DNA of 63,868 bases, filler included, from Lenisia limosa (lineage: Eukaryota > Protista > Breviatea), in NCBI GenBank assembly GCA_001655205.1. It is 14 parts of 14 records of this genome, joined end to end, with 100 filler letters (N's around TTAATTAATTAA, not from the genome) between each part and the next. Parts side by side here need not be neighbours in the genome. Positions count along the whole stretch, not along the records: positions 13,410 to 18,426 come from LPNZ01010263.1; positions 18,527 to 20,947 come from LPNZ01008248.1; positions 21,048 to 23,125 come from LPNZ01007576.1; positions 23,226 to 30,613 come from LPNZ01005917.1; 10 more parts are not named here. The stretch is one strand, 5' to 3'. Positions 13,410 through 26,400 of the stretch are shown here, piece after piece (position 1 is the first letter of the stretch; every line of letters starts with the position of its first letter). The notes under the pieces were generated by a model. The model saw nothing but the letters and a program-made list of their open reading frames with translations, did not search any database and was not told the DNA's origin. Made by a program: the position numbers and the translations under genes.

Positions 13410-13581
13410 TGCATCTTGTCTTGACGTAGAACTCCAATTAACAATGCATCTTGTCTTGACGTAGAACTCTAATTAACAATGCATCTTGTCTTGACGTAGA
13501 ACTCCAATTAACAATGCATCTTGTCTTGACGTAGAACTCCAATTAACAATGCATCTTGTCTTGACGTAGAACTCCAATTAA
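13410..13581. repeat. 35-bp minisatellite, 5 near-identical copies
   Basis: GCATCTTGTCTTGACGTAGAACTCCAATTAACAAT at 13411, 13446, 13481, 13516, 13551, with no spacers. It ends just before an acceptor. Confidence 0.95.
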
Positions 13582-13589
13582 TAACGCAG

Positions 13590-14719
13590 CTGTCAGTGGG
13601 GCTTCGAGCGTCCGGCACTCTCGGGTTCCACCAGGAGGTTGAGAAGGAAAGCTTCATCCACTCCAAAGAGGACATTAATCAAAAGTGAGCTGGAATTGTT
13701 TTTTTTTGTGAGATTCTGTGTTTTGTTTTTATTATTTCATAAATTTTCCATTTTCACTCCCCCCCCCCCCCNNNNNNNNNNNNNNNNNNNNNNNNNNNNN
13801 NNNNNNNNNNNNNNNNNNNNNNNNNNNNNNNNNNNNNNNNNNNNNNNNNNNNNNNNNNNNCAGAATTACGATGCTGCTGTCAGGACGCGAAGCTGAACGC
13901 ATTAAATTCGGAACTATCTCATCAACAGCATCAGTGGGCCTGGGTCTGTCTTTTCTCATAAGGCTCAGACTTGGATTCCCATGGAATATATCTGGGAATC
14001 CTATATTATATTTCTTCTGATTTCCATATATCATCGTATCCACAAATCATATCTATCCGAAGGATCTGGGAATCCTATATTATTTCTTCTGATTTCCATA
14101 TATCATTGTATCCACAAATCATATCTATCCGAAGGCATTCACCCCTTCAAGTTTACTTATAATTAATAACGTATGATATCATATGATAACAGTTATTGAC
14201 TTTATAGGATGACCTTCTCCGAGCCACGGAATTGGCGTACAACCTTGTTTCCGTCTACGGCCTTGGTGATATCGAAGTTAGCAGCTACGCAACCTTTTTT
14301 TTTTATCATTATCATTTTTTTTTTTTTTTTTTTTTTNNNNNNNNNNNNNNNNNNNNNNNNNNNNNNNNNNNNNNNNNNNNNNNNNNNNNNNNNNNNNNNN
14401 NNNNCAGCTTCTTTTCCCAGCCATCTAGCGAAAGAACCACAAACATTTTCTTTCATTATCCCTTTTTGTTTCAGCCGAATACCCCCTCATACCTTTTTGT
14501 GGGTTTTGTTTTTTAAATTATCAATTTCTGATTAAGAACACCCAACCTCTTCCATCTTTCTTTTGACACCTCCTTTTTTCAATCGTCTTGTGCAATCCTA
14601 ACCACCCAGCCACTTTCCTTTACAGACCCGGGTCCCGACGATCTCGTGATNNNNNNNNNNACCTTCTTGTTGAGCGTGAAGATGCGCTGCTGCGCGTTGC
14701 GTCCGCGCTGAAAGACCAG
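13590..14719 (+). CDS. FtsH/AFG3/YME1-family AAA protease, peptidase M41 domain (partial)
   Basis: Spliced: LSVGLRASGTLGFHQEVEKESFIHSKEDINQKITMLLSGREAERIKFGTISSTASDDLLRATELAYNLVSVYGLGD...LLVEREDALLRVASALKDQ. This matches the M41 GGRxAE...TGAxDD...L..LAEAL pattern. Confidence 0.8.
13685..13863 (+). mobile_element. Repeat family E, internally deleted, spanning an FtsH intron
   Basis: GTGAGCTGGA...TTTCATAAATTTTCCATTTTCACTCCCCCC[gap]CAG. Confidence 0.6.
13991..14135. repeat. Intronic tandem duplication, ~74-bp period, 2 copies
   Basis: TCTGGGAATCCTATATT...ATATCTATCCGAAGG at 13991 and 14065. Confidence 0.85.
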
Positions 14720-15534
14720 GTATGAGAATATATGTGTTAGAGTATAGTATATATCATTTTTATATAGTAATATACCATATCATATACTAATAGTATATCA
14801 TAACGTAGTGTGCACAGTTTGAATTTTTCCAACAGAAGTGAAGCCCTACTTAAAACACTCTAGACTAACCCCCTCTCTCCCCTCCTCAGGGGGGGGTTGG
14901 AGTTGGGAGGAGGGAGGAGGGCAAGCATCCATTACAGTATCACCCCCATTGCACTATTCTCTTCATTGTGTGTAACCCGTCTCATTAACTTTTGTTGTTT
15001 TCAACCCTTGTGTGTTGTCAGCCAACAAAGTTGATTTAGGCGTTTTTGTTTCATATATTTTTCAGTTTTACTCCCCCCCCCCCCNNNNNNNNNNNNNNNN
15101 NNNNNNNNNNNNNNNNNNNNNNNNNNNNNNNNNNNNNNNNNNNNNNNNNNNNNNNNNNNNNNNNNNNNNNNNNNNNNNNNNNNNNNNNNNNNNNNNNNNN
15201 NNNNNNNNNNNNNNNNNNNNNNNNNNNNNNNNNNNNNNNNNNNNNNNNNNNNNNNNNNNNNNNNNNNNNNNNNNNNNNNNNNNNNNNNNNNNNNNNNNNN
15301 NNNNNNNNNNGTAGAAAATCTCCTGGTCACTGGATGATATAATTGGCATCATACAATAACCTCAGAAGATTGGGATATTTTGACGGTTTAGTAGATTAAT
15401 ATGATATAATATGCTGATACGGTACATTGATCGTAGAATGTTGTCTGGGATTAATCTTGGTTCACAAAAGGTTACTACGAGGGCTATAGCACATCAGCTC
15501 CTTCCCCCTCCCTATGTATTTATATAGTTCCCAG

Positions 15535-15971
15535 ATATTTAATCTTGTTCAAACAATACCGTGACGCATCAAGGTTCTCAGAAGAAGCCAAGAAGAAGCG
15601 ACAGGAGCTTGAGAGGGAGGAGAAGGACAAAGACGCCCTCCGTCTTCGTGAAGCTAATGAGGCACATAAACAGCGCTTGATTGATCAGGAAGCTGAAGTT
15701 GAAGAGTGTCCGGTTGGCTGCGTGGTACATAAATAATATGATATCATGTTTAGTATTTTGTGTTTTGCGTAGTCTAGAATTATTGTTTCAGACCAAGAAA
15801 ATACAGAAATTTTTGAGGAAATTCGTAATAATAAAAAAAAAACCTATATTATTTCAGTTTCGGCTTGACGCTGCGAAACTCTAATTTCCCCAGGAGCTTG
15901 AAGATGATGAAGAGTCAGTAATGGACCGAATACGTACAGTGCTCCAGGACTATTTGCCTTTTGAACGATAG
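15535..15971 (+). CDS. Charged coiled-coil terminal exons, probably the C-terminal extension of the FtsH-like gene
   Basis: FKQYRDASRFSEEAKKKRQELEREEKDKDALRLRE...EECP | ELEDDEESVMDRIRTVLQDYLPFER*. Same strand and scaffold, but linkage crosses a gap. Confidence 0.5.
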
Positions 15972-16579
15972 ATGGTTATTTTTGTCTTTTCTTTTGTCTG
16001 TTTCTTTATTTTTATGGTTTACTTTTTATTGTGTTTTAATTGTATGTTTGTTTCTGTTGTATCATTAATCTCTGTGGAGGAATTGGGCTTAAGATCAAGA
16101 TAACATTTTTTAGTTGGATGTGGTTAGAGAACCGACTTTCAAACCTCTGGTAAATCCCATGGTTTCATAATAACATTTTTGATGGATTCGAAATTCCTTG
16201 GGGTGACTGTTTTGTATTTTGAACAAAGGTTAGCTAACCCGACATTTTCTCATTTTGAAAAAGATCCTGTCTTTTCGGTCCTTGGGAGTTTCTCATTATT
16301 AATTGTTTGTCGTAGTATTGTAGACTGCCCTTACTCCCATCTTGTTGAGACTAATAAAACAACAATGAAGAAAACAAAAAAAACACCCAATACTCCACAT
16401 AGTGCTAGAAATAAAACAGTTCTGGCCTAAGCCCGCACCATCACGCTTATAAGAGAGAGTGGATTAAAAAAAAATAAGGTTAGCAATATGATATTATCTT
16501 TTTTTTATATGCAATTCACTACACCAAATGATAATGATAGTTGTTCTGACGCAGCCAATGCATTAGAATAGGGGGGGTT

Positions 16580-18092
16580 TTATGATGAGGACGCGGAGAG
16601 CAGTTCGTTCTTCTTACAGGCCTATGAGGGGGGACACAATTAAAAGTGAGGGGTGGGGGGTAAATTAGCCCACCATCACGCTTATAATTCACCCAATCAT
16701 TTGCCTTACAACTCGTGTTACATTATAGCAATGAGAAATAAAAAATAATATTATATCTATAAGAGTCAAGCCCCCAATATTCCAGCATCAAGCCCACATC
16801 TTGGAATGCCTTGACTGTGGAGTAGTAAAGACGTTCCTTCTCCTGAAGTTTCAAGAAACGCTCGGAGAGCTCATTACGCTCTTCTCTCTCAATTTGGAGT
16901 TTGGCTTGGGCCTGGTAGGGTTGTAAGAAGAGGCGAAAAAAATCAAGGCGGTATCAAGCTAAAACCACGAAATGGTTGTCTTATTAATTCACCCAATCAT
17001 TTGTCTTAACCCCAACCTGAGCAAGCATACAATCAGTCATATAGTCTAATACCCCCCCCCCCCNNNNNNNNNNNNNNNNNNNNNNNNNNNNNNNNNNNNN
17101 NNNNNNNNNNNNNNNNNNNNNNNNNNNNNNNNNNNTGAATCGCTCCTGGGATATATGTAAGTATAAAATACAAAACCGTTCATGGGACATGAACAGATAC
17201 AATTTGGGCTTCACTTCGGTAAGAAAAAGACCGGTAAAATATCGATAGCGTTCGAGGATTTTAAAAAAATTCCGTCTTTTTTTGAACCGAAGTGAAGCCC
17301 CTATACAAGGCAAATTATAAATATATACTATGTACAGTGATCAGGGTAAGCCTTGACCGATTTGCTAGATGAATTTCCAAGGAAAACCGGCCAGGGAAAA
17401 ATGCCCAAAATATTACAGGGTAACTTTAAACTCATCAAACCAGATGTTTCTTCAGGAAAATCGTTCAAGACTAATACAGCCAGTGTACACACAGTACATA
17501 TATACACCCAGATAAACGACCCCATCCAACCTGAGAAGAGGAGTTTTTCAGTGACAAGGAGAAGTTGTCCTTGATACTCTGCATCATTCGAAGCTCCTTG
17601 CTGCAAAAAGTCAGAAATGATGGTTTTCGTGAGAATATTAGGAGAAGAATCAAGTTAACTTGGACGTAAAATCAGAAAAACTTGATACTGACGTGATAGG
17701 TCTTAACTGATTTTGCTTAGGGTATCACATTGGTCAGTATCACCCCTCCCCCGCAGCAAGCGTGAAATAGCACTTCACAACTAGGGGTTCACTTCGGTTC
17801 GAAAAATACCGGTAAAATATCAATAATTTTTCAGGATTTATCGAGAATTTCAGTCTTTTTTCGAATCAAAGTGAAGCCCTATTCCCAACTCTCTCCCCCC
17901 TCTGCATCTGCATCATTCGAAGCTCCTCCCCCAAAGAAAGTTACTCGGGAACATTGGGTGAAAATTTATTATTAAGGCCGTAATATAAATACAATTATTC
18001 CAAGACCCCACCCACTTAATGTAGCCTAGGGAGTCGTCCAAATTGTTATATGTGGAGTAATACTTTCGAGTTTCGACCAATTTGCGCTCAAC
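16580..18092 (-). CDS. CCDC93: CCDC93 (CCC/Commander complex), C-terminal exons
   Basis: VERKLVETRKYYSTYNNLDDSLGYIN | KELRMMQSIKDNFSLSL... | AQAKLQIEREERNELSERFLKLQEKERLYYSTVKAFQD | ACKKNELLSASSS*. This parallels the recalled CCDC93 C-terminus (YNTLDD, KEISLLNSI.ENF, EKQRLYFKTVKEF, KNE). Confidence 0.8.
17206..17300. mobile_element. MITE family A copy
   Basis: GGGCTTCACTTCGGT...AACCGAAGTGAAGCCC in a CCDC93 intron. Confidence 0.88.
17784..17879. mobile_element. MITE family A copy
   Basis: TA-flanked on both sides, in a CCDC93 intron. Confidence 0.88.
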
Positions 18093-18270
18093 CTAAAGGC
18101 TTCGGTTAGTCTCTAAATATATAGCAATGAGAAATAAAAAAAGCCGAAGCCGTCCACNNNNNNNNNNNNNNNNNNNNNNNNNNNNNNNNNNNNNNNNNNT
18201 CAAGGGTTGGCTCTTGAATAATTGCTTAATATTATTAAATCTCTAGGTTCTTATTCGTGAAGGGTAATTT

Positions 18271-18409
18271 CACTACGGCGCATCGACTTGTGAAAAAGTT
18301 GAAATTCCCGTATTTTACATGGGAATCCCATGAAAATTTTTTGGTAATTCGAAGAAATTGTTGAGATTCCCAGAAAATAATAACAAGGAAAAGTCAATGC
18401 GTCGTAGTG
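18271..18409. mobile_element. CACTA/CMC-type non-autonomous element, family C (short copy)
   Basis: TIR CACTACGGCGCATCGACT...AGTCAATGCGTCGTAGTG; 2-bp flank TT/TT. Confidence 0.8.
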
Positions 18410-18526
18410 TTACTCTCAAAACAGACNNNNNNNNNNNNNNNNNNNNNNNNNNNNNNNNNNNNNNNNNNNNTTAATTAATTAANNNNNNNNNNNNNNNNNN
18501 NNNNNNNNNNNNNNNNNNNNNNNNNN

Positions 18527-20918
18527 TCACGGTCTCCGCTCTTTCCGGCTCTGAGAAATGGTACGCTAATATGCTTGGTGTAGTGTTGGGTCAGACTAGG
18601 CTATAATATGCTGGGGCCATATAACAAGGGCTTCACTTTGGTTCGAAAAAGTCTGGGAAAATATCGATATTTATCGAAGATTTATCGAGATTCTTTTTTG
18701 GAACTGAAGTGAAGCCCTACCATGTATATAGCACACCGTCCAGCAATATGTGAATTTTAGATATGTGTGAAAAATGTTTAAATTCTTGTTTTCATGATTT
18801 TTCTATACATCTGACACTATTTGCGTTGTTCTTTGTATGTCATGTAGTTTTTTTATTCTGAAAAAAAGCCAAACACTTTGTCACATATTGAAAAAAACAT
18901 GTAAAGTTATCCTTCAAAATTGTCAAAAACTACGTAAAAATCCCTTTTACATATTGCATTCTTCGCATAGCTAGATAATGTGAACGATAAGGTGAACATA
19001 CCAATTGGGGGCCAAGTACGATCACGTGGACTCTCAGACGCCATTCTTTTATTTTTAGAAAAGCTGTTTTTGGTTCAAAATAAAGAAAAAATGGGCCAAA
19101 TTTCACATAGCTATATCTAAAATTTCACATATTTCTGGACGGTGTGATATACATGTATATACATGTATAGCTATATATATAATTATGTATATATATCTTG
19201 ACTACTGTGCCATGTGTAGGGCATCCCAACGCTCCCCCTGATAAAATCTTGGTAAAACCTCGATAAAACCTTGATAAAACCCGTGTGGTACTGCAGAAGC
19301 GACTGGTCCGGCCTTGGTTTGTTTTGTTGTTATCAACCCTCGTGTATTGTCAGACAACAGAGGTGATTGTGTTTTTTTATTCCAATTTTACGGTTTGTTT
19401 TGTTNNNNNNNNNNNNNNNNNNNNNNNNNNNNNNNNNNNNNNNNNNNNNNNNNNNNNNNNNNNNNNNNNNNNNNNNNNNNNNNNNNNNNNNNNNNNNNNN
19501 NNNNNNNNNNNNNNNNNNNNNNNNNNNNNNNNNNNNNNNCTTATGATCCTCTACTCACAAGGCTCGGAATTTGGCCCCGGTGGGAGGGGGTCAAAATAGA
19601 AGAAGTGGCGAAGTCATGAAATGGTTGTGATATTACATTTTGGCTTCGGCTGGATACACACTTGTTTGATTTCACGTCTCGCTACATAGAGTGACATTTT
19701 GCCTACCATATGAGGCAAGCTTACTTACCGTATTAGGCAAATAGACTTACCACATTAGGCAAGCTGATGGAGTCCATGAGCAATGGCGATTGTGTCGACA
19801 ATTCAGGCACGGTCGAATGCTTTTGCTACGATGGTGTTGGTGATGACTGTTCACTTAGTAGGGGGGTGACTGCTTATTTACTGGTTTTTTTTGTGTATAA
19901 CTGCGGTGCTGCAGAAGCGACTGGCTTGTGCTTTGTTGGAGTGATGGGATGTGGGAAGCGACTGGCTTGGGCTTANNNNNNNNNNNNNNNNNNNNNNNNN
20001 NNNNNNNNNNNNNNNNNNNNNNNNNNNNNNNNNNNNNNNNNNNNNNNNNNNNNNNNNNNNNNNNNNNNNNNNNNNNNNNNNNNNNNNNNNNNNNNNNNNT
20101 ATTACTCCTCCTAACCAACCCCCCCTCCCAGCACCTATTGACGAAATCACGCACGACATCTACGCAGTGCCTGGAACGTCCTCTTACACTTCCGACCAAA
20201 TTTCCTACCAGTCGTGCACGGACTACTTTGATGTAGGCGGTTGTGGGAGCACACTTGGATAGCATACATAGATATTACGATTTATGCAGTCTTTGTTGGG
20301 AACATCTAGCGACCGGGATAAGTCTTGCTGTGTGATTGATTTCCCATGGAAAATTGAACAAGACTTTTCCCGGTCGCGAAATATATGACCTATCATACCC
20401 TTTGGCCACTTTTACTAATCCCACAGAAATCCATGATTATATCCATCCTTCGTACAGGGAAAATCCCACAGACATCTTACTATGTTCCTTCATATAACTA
20501 AACTTACAGAAATAATGTATTTTATATATCTCCATCCAACAAAACTTGGAGAAAAAAATGTAATTTTTATTTCTCCATATAACTAAACTTGAGAAATTAT
20601 ATGTACTATATTTCTCCAGATAACTAATCCGCAGAAATCATGTGTCACTGGAGAGGTGTTCTTACTGGGAGGTTTCCCGACCTCGTTTGGTTCAGTCTAT
20701 CACGAGGGGAACCAACTGTATAAGGTATGGAGGGTGATTAGGCTTCCCTTCGGTTCGAAAAAAGACTGAAATGCTCGATTAATCCTCGAGAACTATCGAT
20801 ATTTTACCCGGCCTTTTTCGAACCAAAGGTTAGCCCAAGGGGTGATGTATGTATAAGATGTGAGTGTGTATGGGGGTGGGGGGTGGAGAGCAAATGGCTT
20901 CATGAATTCTAATTTTAC
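18527..20918 (+). CDS. Secreted/surface protein with an EGF-like module (partial, multi-exon)
   Basis: Exon SNGDCVDNSGTVECFCYDGVGDDCS (19748-19859) has EGF-like Cys spacing. Other splice-flanked exons lie at ~18527-18570, 19541-19579, 20131-20233 and 20635-20724. Confidence 0.55.
18628..18717. mobile_element. MITE family A copy
   Basis: Both TIRs present; right flank TA. Confidence 0.85.
18732..19146. mobile_element. MITE-like element H with ~35-bp TIR
   Basis: CACACCGTCCAGCAATATGTGAATTTTAGATAT at left is the inverted match of ATATCTAAAATTTCACATATTTCTGGACGGTGTG at right. Confidence 0.75.
20741..20836. mobile_element. MITE family A copy (degenerate)
   Basis: TA|GGCTTCCCTTCGGTTCGAAAAAAGACTG...TTCGAACCAAAGGTTAGCCC. 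Confidence 0.8.
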
Positions 20919-21239
20919 GTAAGCTGGAGTGATGGGATGCGGTGCTGNNNNNNNNNNNNNNNNNNNNNNNNNNNNNNNNNNNNNNNNNNNNTTAATTAAT
21001 TAANNNNNNNNNNNNNNNNNNNNNNNNNNNNNNNNNNNNNNNNNNNNGATTCAACTGGTATTATAAGAAGACGGAACTTTAACATTTTGTAGATTTGTAG
21101 TTTTAAAGCATAAAAAATAGATCATGATCTTAGCTTAAACAAATATAAATTTAATAAACGCAATATCCGGCCGAATACGTCCATCTAATCTTCTCATGTA
21201 TACATGACTTTCATGTAGATGTAGAAAAATCACAAACCT

Positions 21240-22464
21240 GCAATCATTTTGTCATCATCAGAGTCGTCTTCTACGGAATATTATCGAAAAGTAAGGAAAA
21301 TAAAAAAAAAGATGGTTACAAAGTAAAAGAGAAGAGAAGTCGAGAATACGAACCAGGNNNNNNNNNNNNNNNNNNNNNNNNNNNNNNNNNNNNNNNNNNN
21401 NNNNNNNNGTATAACCGGATCTGTATGATACTAGTTTCAATAGAGACTTTACTGCAAATGATAGAAGGTAAATTTAAACTACGGCATCTCTGTAACAAAA
21501 AAAAAGAGTGAATTCTCGATTAATCTACGATAATCGATCGATATTATGCTGATCTTATTTGGGATTGGAGTGAATCCTTAATTAAGGAGAAAGATATTAT
21601 GAATAAGAAACTGTGAATATGCTAATTCTGACCAAATTCGACCTAAAAAAAAAACACTTTTTAGAAATGAGGAGCATAAAGCAGGCCACAAGATCACATT
21701 ACGAGAACTTATCAATAATAAAGAGAAGTGAGACTTATGCCATTTGATCTAAACAGAATATAACGTTCACTTTTCCTATTTTACCATTATTTATAAAAAA
21801 AACTGCGCATGTTTAAAGCAAAAGAGAAGAAGCAAACGTCTTAGTTGGGTGGCAAAGAGGGATATCAGAACATTTCAGGTTTTAAGTCAGATATTTAGTA
21901 AGAAGACTGAAAGTAGAAGGACAGAGATCTCCGCTTCATGAAAAGGATAATCTCAAAAACTGGCAATTCTCACAAAGATTAAAAAGATTGTTCCCATGAC
22001 GCCACATCAAACAGTCACACGCCAACCAATTTCAGAATCATGCGCCTCATCGTCACTGTCTTCTTCTCCAGCCTTGTAGCCTCTACACAGTCAAAGACGC
22101 TCTTCATTTTCCCAATTACCTGTGCTTGAGCTTCGCGCGTTTGATCTTCTCATCGATAGTTGTGCCGAACTGAAGAATAAGACGAGTTTGTGACCAAGTG
22201 AAAACCCACGTCATGACCCTTTCCCTTTTTCAAAGCAGAGGTAAGATCCCATGGCGATTGTGTGTCCTTAGAAGGGGCTGAGAAGAGCTCAAAATCCTCA
22301 GCAATTCCAAGATCTTCATCACTTTCTTCTTCTGAGGAACTAGATTCGGGTTCCGGCCGTTTGAGAACTGTCTTTTTCTGCTTTACTTCCTTTTTGGGCT
22401 GAGCTTCAGCACCAGACTCTTCTCCAGAGGAGAAGATCGTCATTACCAGATCGTCAGCTCCCAT
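21240..22464 (-). CDS. DDX27: DEAD-box helicase DDX27/DRS1-like, N-terminal region only
   Basis: MGADDLVMTIFSSGEE...EDFELFS...SPWDLTSAL (22210-22464) | FGTTIDEKIKRAKLKH (22120-22169) fits the DDX27/Drs1 N-terminus (DF.F...W...TTLDEKI). The helicase core is not visible. Confidence 0.65.
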
Positions 22465-22675
22465 TTTGACCAACTATTTAGGTATTTATCAATGAATAAA
22501 TCAATAAATCAGGAAACTACGACTAAATAAAAGGAAACGTTCAAAATAAAATTTGGACATATAAATCCCGACCCGGGTTACTGGCCTTTATTGCAAACAA
22601 GCTCCACGATAGCTCCTTTCATGCCATACATAACATAAGCTAACTATATAAAAGAAGAAATTAGGCCTGAGTGAA
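22465..22675. promoter_or_regulatory. Short head-to-head intergenic region (candidate bidirectional promoter), DDX27-like / APC-TPR-like
   Basis: Divergent predicted starts about 210 nt apart, AT-rich. The APC-side start is uncertain. Confidence 0.4.
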
Positions 22676-22987
22676 ATGAAGTCCTCGGCATTCGAAACGG
22701 CCTTGGAGAACTTCCATAGGGGGAACTTCCCATCAGCCGCCTTCTTTGCATCCCAGGCCGTGGCTATAGACCCAAGTTGGTTGATGACTATTAACATTGA
22801 TGATTTTTTTTGGGCTCTTAGACTGAGGAAGCGTTTTGGATACTTTCCTTTTATTGCTGATTATTCAGAATGCCAAGACTCGGTCTTGTTGTTGGCGAAG
22901 GCATTTCTTGCCCAGGGCCTGCCGCAAAGGGCCCTTTCATGTTTGGTTGCTGACTCAATTGCACCACCTTCTATCCCAGCTACCCAG
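22676..22987 (+). CDS. APC/C TPR subunit-like (CDC16/APC6 or CDC27-type) N-terminus, partial
   Basis: FETALENFHRGNFPSAAFFASQAVAIDP | KCQDSVLLLAKAFLAQGLPQRALSCL resembles the SA.F.A.K...D...LA.....G...RA...L N-terminal TPR of APC3/APC6. Confidence 0.55.
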
Positions 22988-23442
22988 GTTGGTGAATAAT
23001 GATAGTTAAAAAAGCTAATGTAATCAATATTGTGTTACTATCTATGTCAGAAAGCTGTGAGTTGTAAGGCAAATGATTGGGTGATTTAATATGATACTAT
23101 AATTCAATATCTCTTATAAGCGTGANNNNNNNNNNNNNNNNNNNNNNNNNNNNNNNNNNNNNNNNNNNNTTAATTAATTAANNNNNNNNNNNNNNNNNNN
23201 NNNNNNNNNNNNNNNNNNNNNNNNNCTTTCTCCAACAACAAAGTCTTCTAAACTGGTTGTCTCTTTGAATTGACTAATAAAGCCCTAAAACGATCAATTA
23301 GTTGTCTTTGAACCGACTCATTTGTCTTTCAACTAAGTGATAATGCCCTGAAACTATAAAGCCTCCAAACTAATCTGTGTAAAGAAGTTTTGTTTTTCAT
23401 ATCCTTTTATTATACTGTTATATAAACAGCACACCACCCAAC

Positions 23443-26400
23443 CTGTGAAATGACGGTGAGGGCGGAGGCGTACTGAGGAGAGGTGGCCCCCCAGATTGCG
23501 GCAATATTCTCCTTCATTGTCATCACTTCTTCGCGCCACGTCTGGAATGGCGTGCCTGAATAGTGTGAAAAGTGAGGAATAGAATCAAGAGCGAAACTTC
23601 CACCCCTTGAACAGTTCCCCCCCCCCATTAGGATAAATCCTCGAAACTTATCGATATTGTCCCGTTATTTTTCGAACCAAAGTGAAGCCCTGCCCCCCCA
23701 CACCCAACCTTTCGCCAGGTCCATGGAGGCATGAAGGAAGGTTCCCTGGATATCCGACGCCTTTGCTGAAACTTCCAGGCCAGGCGCCTCCTCAAACTGC
23801 AGTAGGGGGGGGGGGCAAGAATAAACACTCTAACTGCGGAAAAACAGTGACCGAAATAGGTCTTGACCGATTTGCTCTATGATTTCCCAAGAAAAATCGG
23901 TCAAGACTTGTCCCGGTCACCGTTTTTATTAGCACCAATGTAGTGTATACAGACAAATATTCGGATCAAAAATAGTAGAAAAATGATATGATAATTGTCA
24001 AAAAATTGGACTGGGCCCGTTGCCACCTTAGAACTGAAGCCGAATTATCGATATTTATCGAGGATTTATTTTAAAAATTCAGTTTTTTTTCGGACCGAAG
24101 TGAAGCTCTGTAGAAAATGGGCTACCCGACGGTGAAAGCTTCTCATCCACCACCAACCAGGGGGAAATGGGTCAATTGAGTAAACTGCTCCAGCGCCGTC
24201 TAAAGAATCAAGCGCGAGGGAGTAAAATGGGAAAAGATGGGGGAAAGCGTTATTTTTAAGACAAGCCGAAAAAGGAGAGGTCACGAACCGAAATGGCTTC
24301 GTAGGACTTCACATGATCGTTTTTGAGGAAGAGGTACACTGCCTCCTGTTGTGTTTGCTTCGCGGAGAGAAAAGCTGAAAAGTTAAGAGGAAGCGGCTGA
24401 TGGTTTTAATCAGAGCTTTTGATAAGGTTCTGATTGTCTCTCATCCACCATTGTCAAGGGGCTTATTACTAGGGCTTCACTCCGGTTCGGAAAAAAACTG
24501 GTAAAATATCGATAGTTTTCGAGGATTTATCGAGAAAGTCTTTTTTCAAACCGAAGTGAAGCCCTACTTATTACCCATCATATGACTCAATCGTTACAAG
24601 GGTTTCTGATAACTCAATTTTTACAGGGTATAACGCCCCAATTTTCAAGTGGTGTACCATTCATACAGAATCCGATGACAGCTATATTCGCACCCCTTCC
24701 CCCAATTAGCCCACCATTTTCAAGGGGCTCGTAAGGCTCCGAGTCGGACCAAACTGCAGTCAGGTACTCTAAACTGTCAAAGCTGAAGAAACTAAGGATG
24801 CGAATAAGGATGTGAAGTAGAACAGAGGTGATGAAGAAGTGTAATCCTTAAAAATATCAATGTTAAACGCCAAAAACCAAGAGCAGAATCTGAGAACTCT
24901 GGTGGAAGCAAAGTTGCGAACGCTTCTGGCTTGTAGTCTACAAAATTAGGCATCAAATGTAACGCTGTGAGTTGCTTATAATCTAAAAAACAGTGTCATT
25001 GTTAGGGCTTCATTTCGGTTCAAAAAAGACTTTCTCTATAAATCCTCAAACACTATCGCTATTTCACGTTCTATTGACCAAAGTGAAGCCCTAGTTATAT
25101 AAGACTATCATGATGAATGTTCACACTCGTTTGGAAGACATGACCGACTTTGGAAATACGACAAAGATCGGGAAACTATCAAAATATATCAAGGATTTAT
25201 CGAGAAATTCAGTCATTTTCCGGATCAGAGTGCCTAGTAATGACGTCAGCATCAAGGCTCTCTAGCTCCAGACATTAGCCAACCCTTTTTAATAGCTGGC
25301 TCGGTTACTGCCGCGACTTCCGACAGCATTATGAGGGACAAGGCGTCGGCTTCTCCAGCATGCATCCCGGCCTGGGCTGAGTAAAAGACGGATTTTGAAA
25401 AGCATCTGGAAGTCAGGGGATTCAGGCTTAGAACAATACATTCATTACCTCGCACCTTTTGCCCATGCTTCAACGCAGCATCCAAAAGTCGATGTAGGTG
25501 TTCTCCCTAAATAAGGGGTTATAATGAGGATCAATTGCCCTATCAATTTCCCTAAATAAGATCAATTTTGCACTATGAGATGGTACTATGACTTGTGGAT
25601 ATGGGTTATCATATCACTTTTTGGGTCATTTTACACGTGTGAACATAATATCATATATAAAATGTATAAAACACGTACTATGATATGAGTTATATCGCCG
25701 TGGCAGCCCCCAACCTTTCCTTGTCTGGCATCAACGTAGGATTTGTAGTGAAGAAGTCGGAACAAACTCGGGTCTTCTGCACCCTCTGCCTGATATGTAA
25801 GTAGGGCTTCACTCTGGTCCGAAAAATATCGGTAAACTATCGAAATAATATATCGATGATTGGTCGAGAAATATGGTTATTTTCTGGAAAGGAAAGTGAC
25901 TGAAGTGTTGGTCGCTGGTTTAGAAATGCTGCAACCGAAAAGTTCGACAACTCCGCCTCAAGAAATGGTGTTAAATGAAGCTGATTGAATAAAACAGTCC
26001 ACCAGATCATGTAGTTAAATCGGATTTTACTATGTGAACTCTGCAAATAATAATATCCCCAACCATTTGACTGTAGAGGGAAATGCCGTGGTCAACAATG
26101 TCTGCCGTCTAAACCTGTGAAAATGCTGGAAATGAGGGTGATTACACTGTAAATTGCGTATAAAGTACAAAAACACAAGGAATAAAGGCGGTGTATCGAA
26201 GACAACATCAGAAACATATGTCTGAACTAGTCACTATAGAGCACGATACCCATCCACGTTTTAGTTCGGCAGTCGTATTTCATAAAATTGGAAACCGTTT
26301 CAGCTATTTTGGACTTTCCTTTATTGCTAGTTTTAGATGTAAATAATTTTAAACCATTTTAGCTTTTGGAGTCTCCTTAACTGGCAGTTTTAGATGTTAG

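Noticed and set aside
13410-13581. 35-bp repeats as a CRISPR array
   Set aside because: Units are directly adjacent with no unique spacers, in a eukaryotic intron, and no cas genes are present. The same applies to the 31-bp array at 55213.
24472-24564. Family A as a tRNA-derived SINE because of the GGTTCGA box-B-like word
   Set aside because: No box A, cloverleaf or poly(A) tail; long TIRs and TA flanks indicate a DNA-type MITE.
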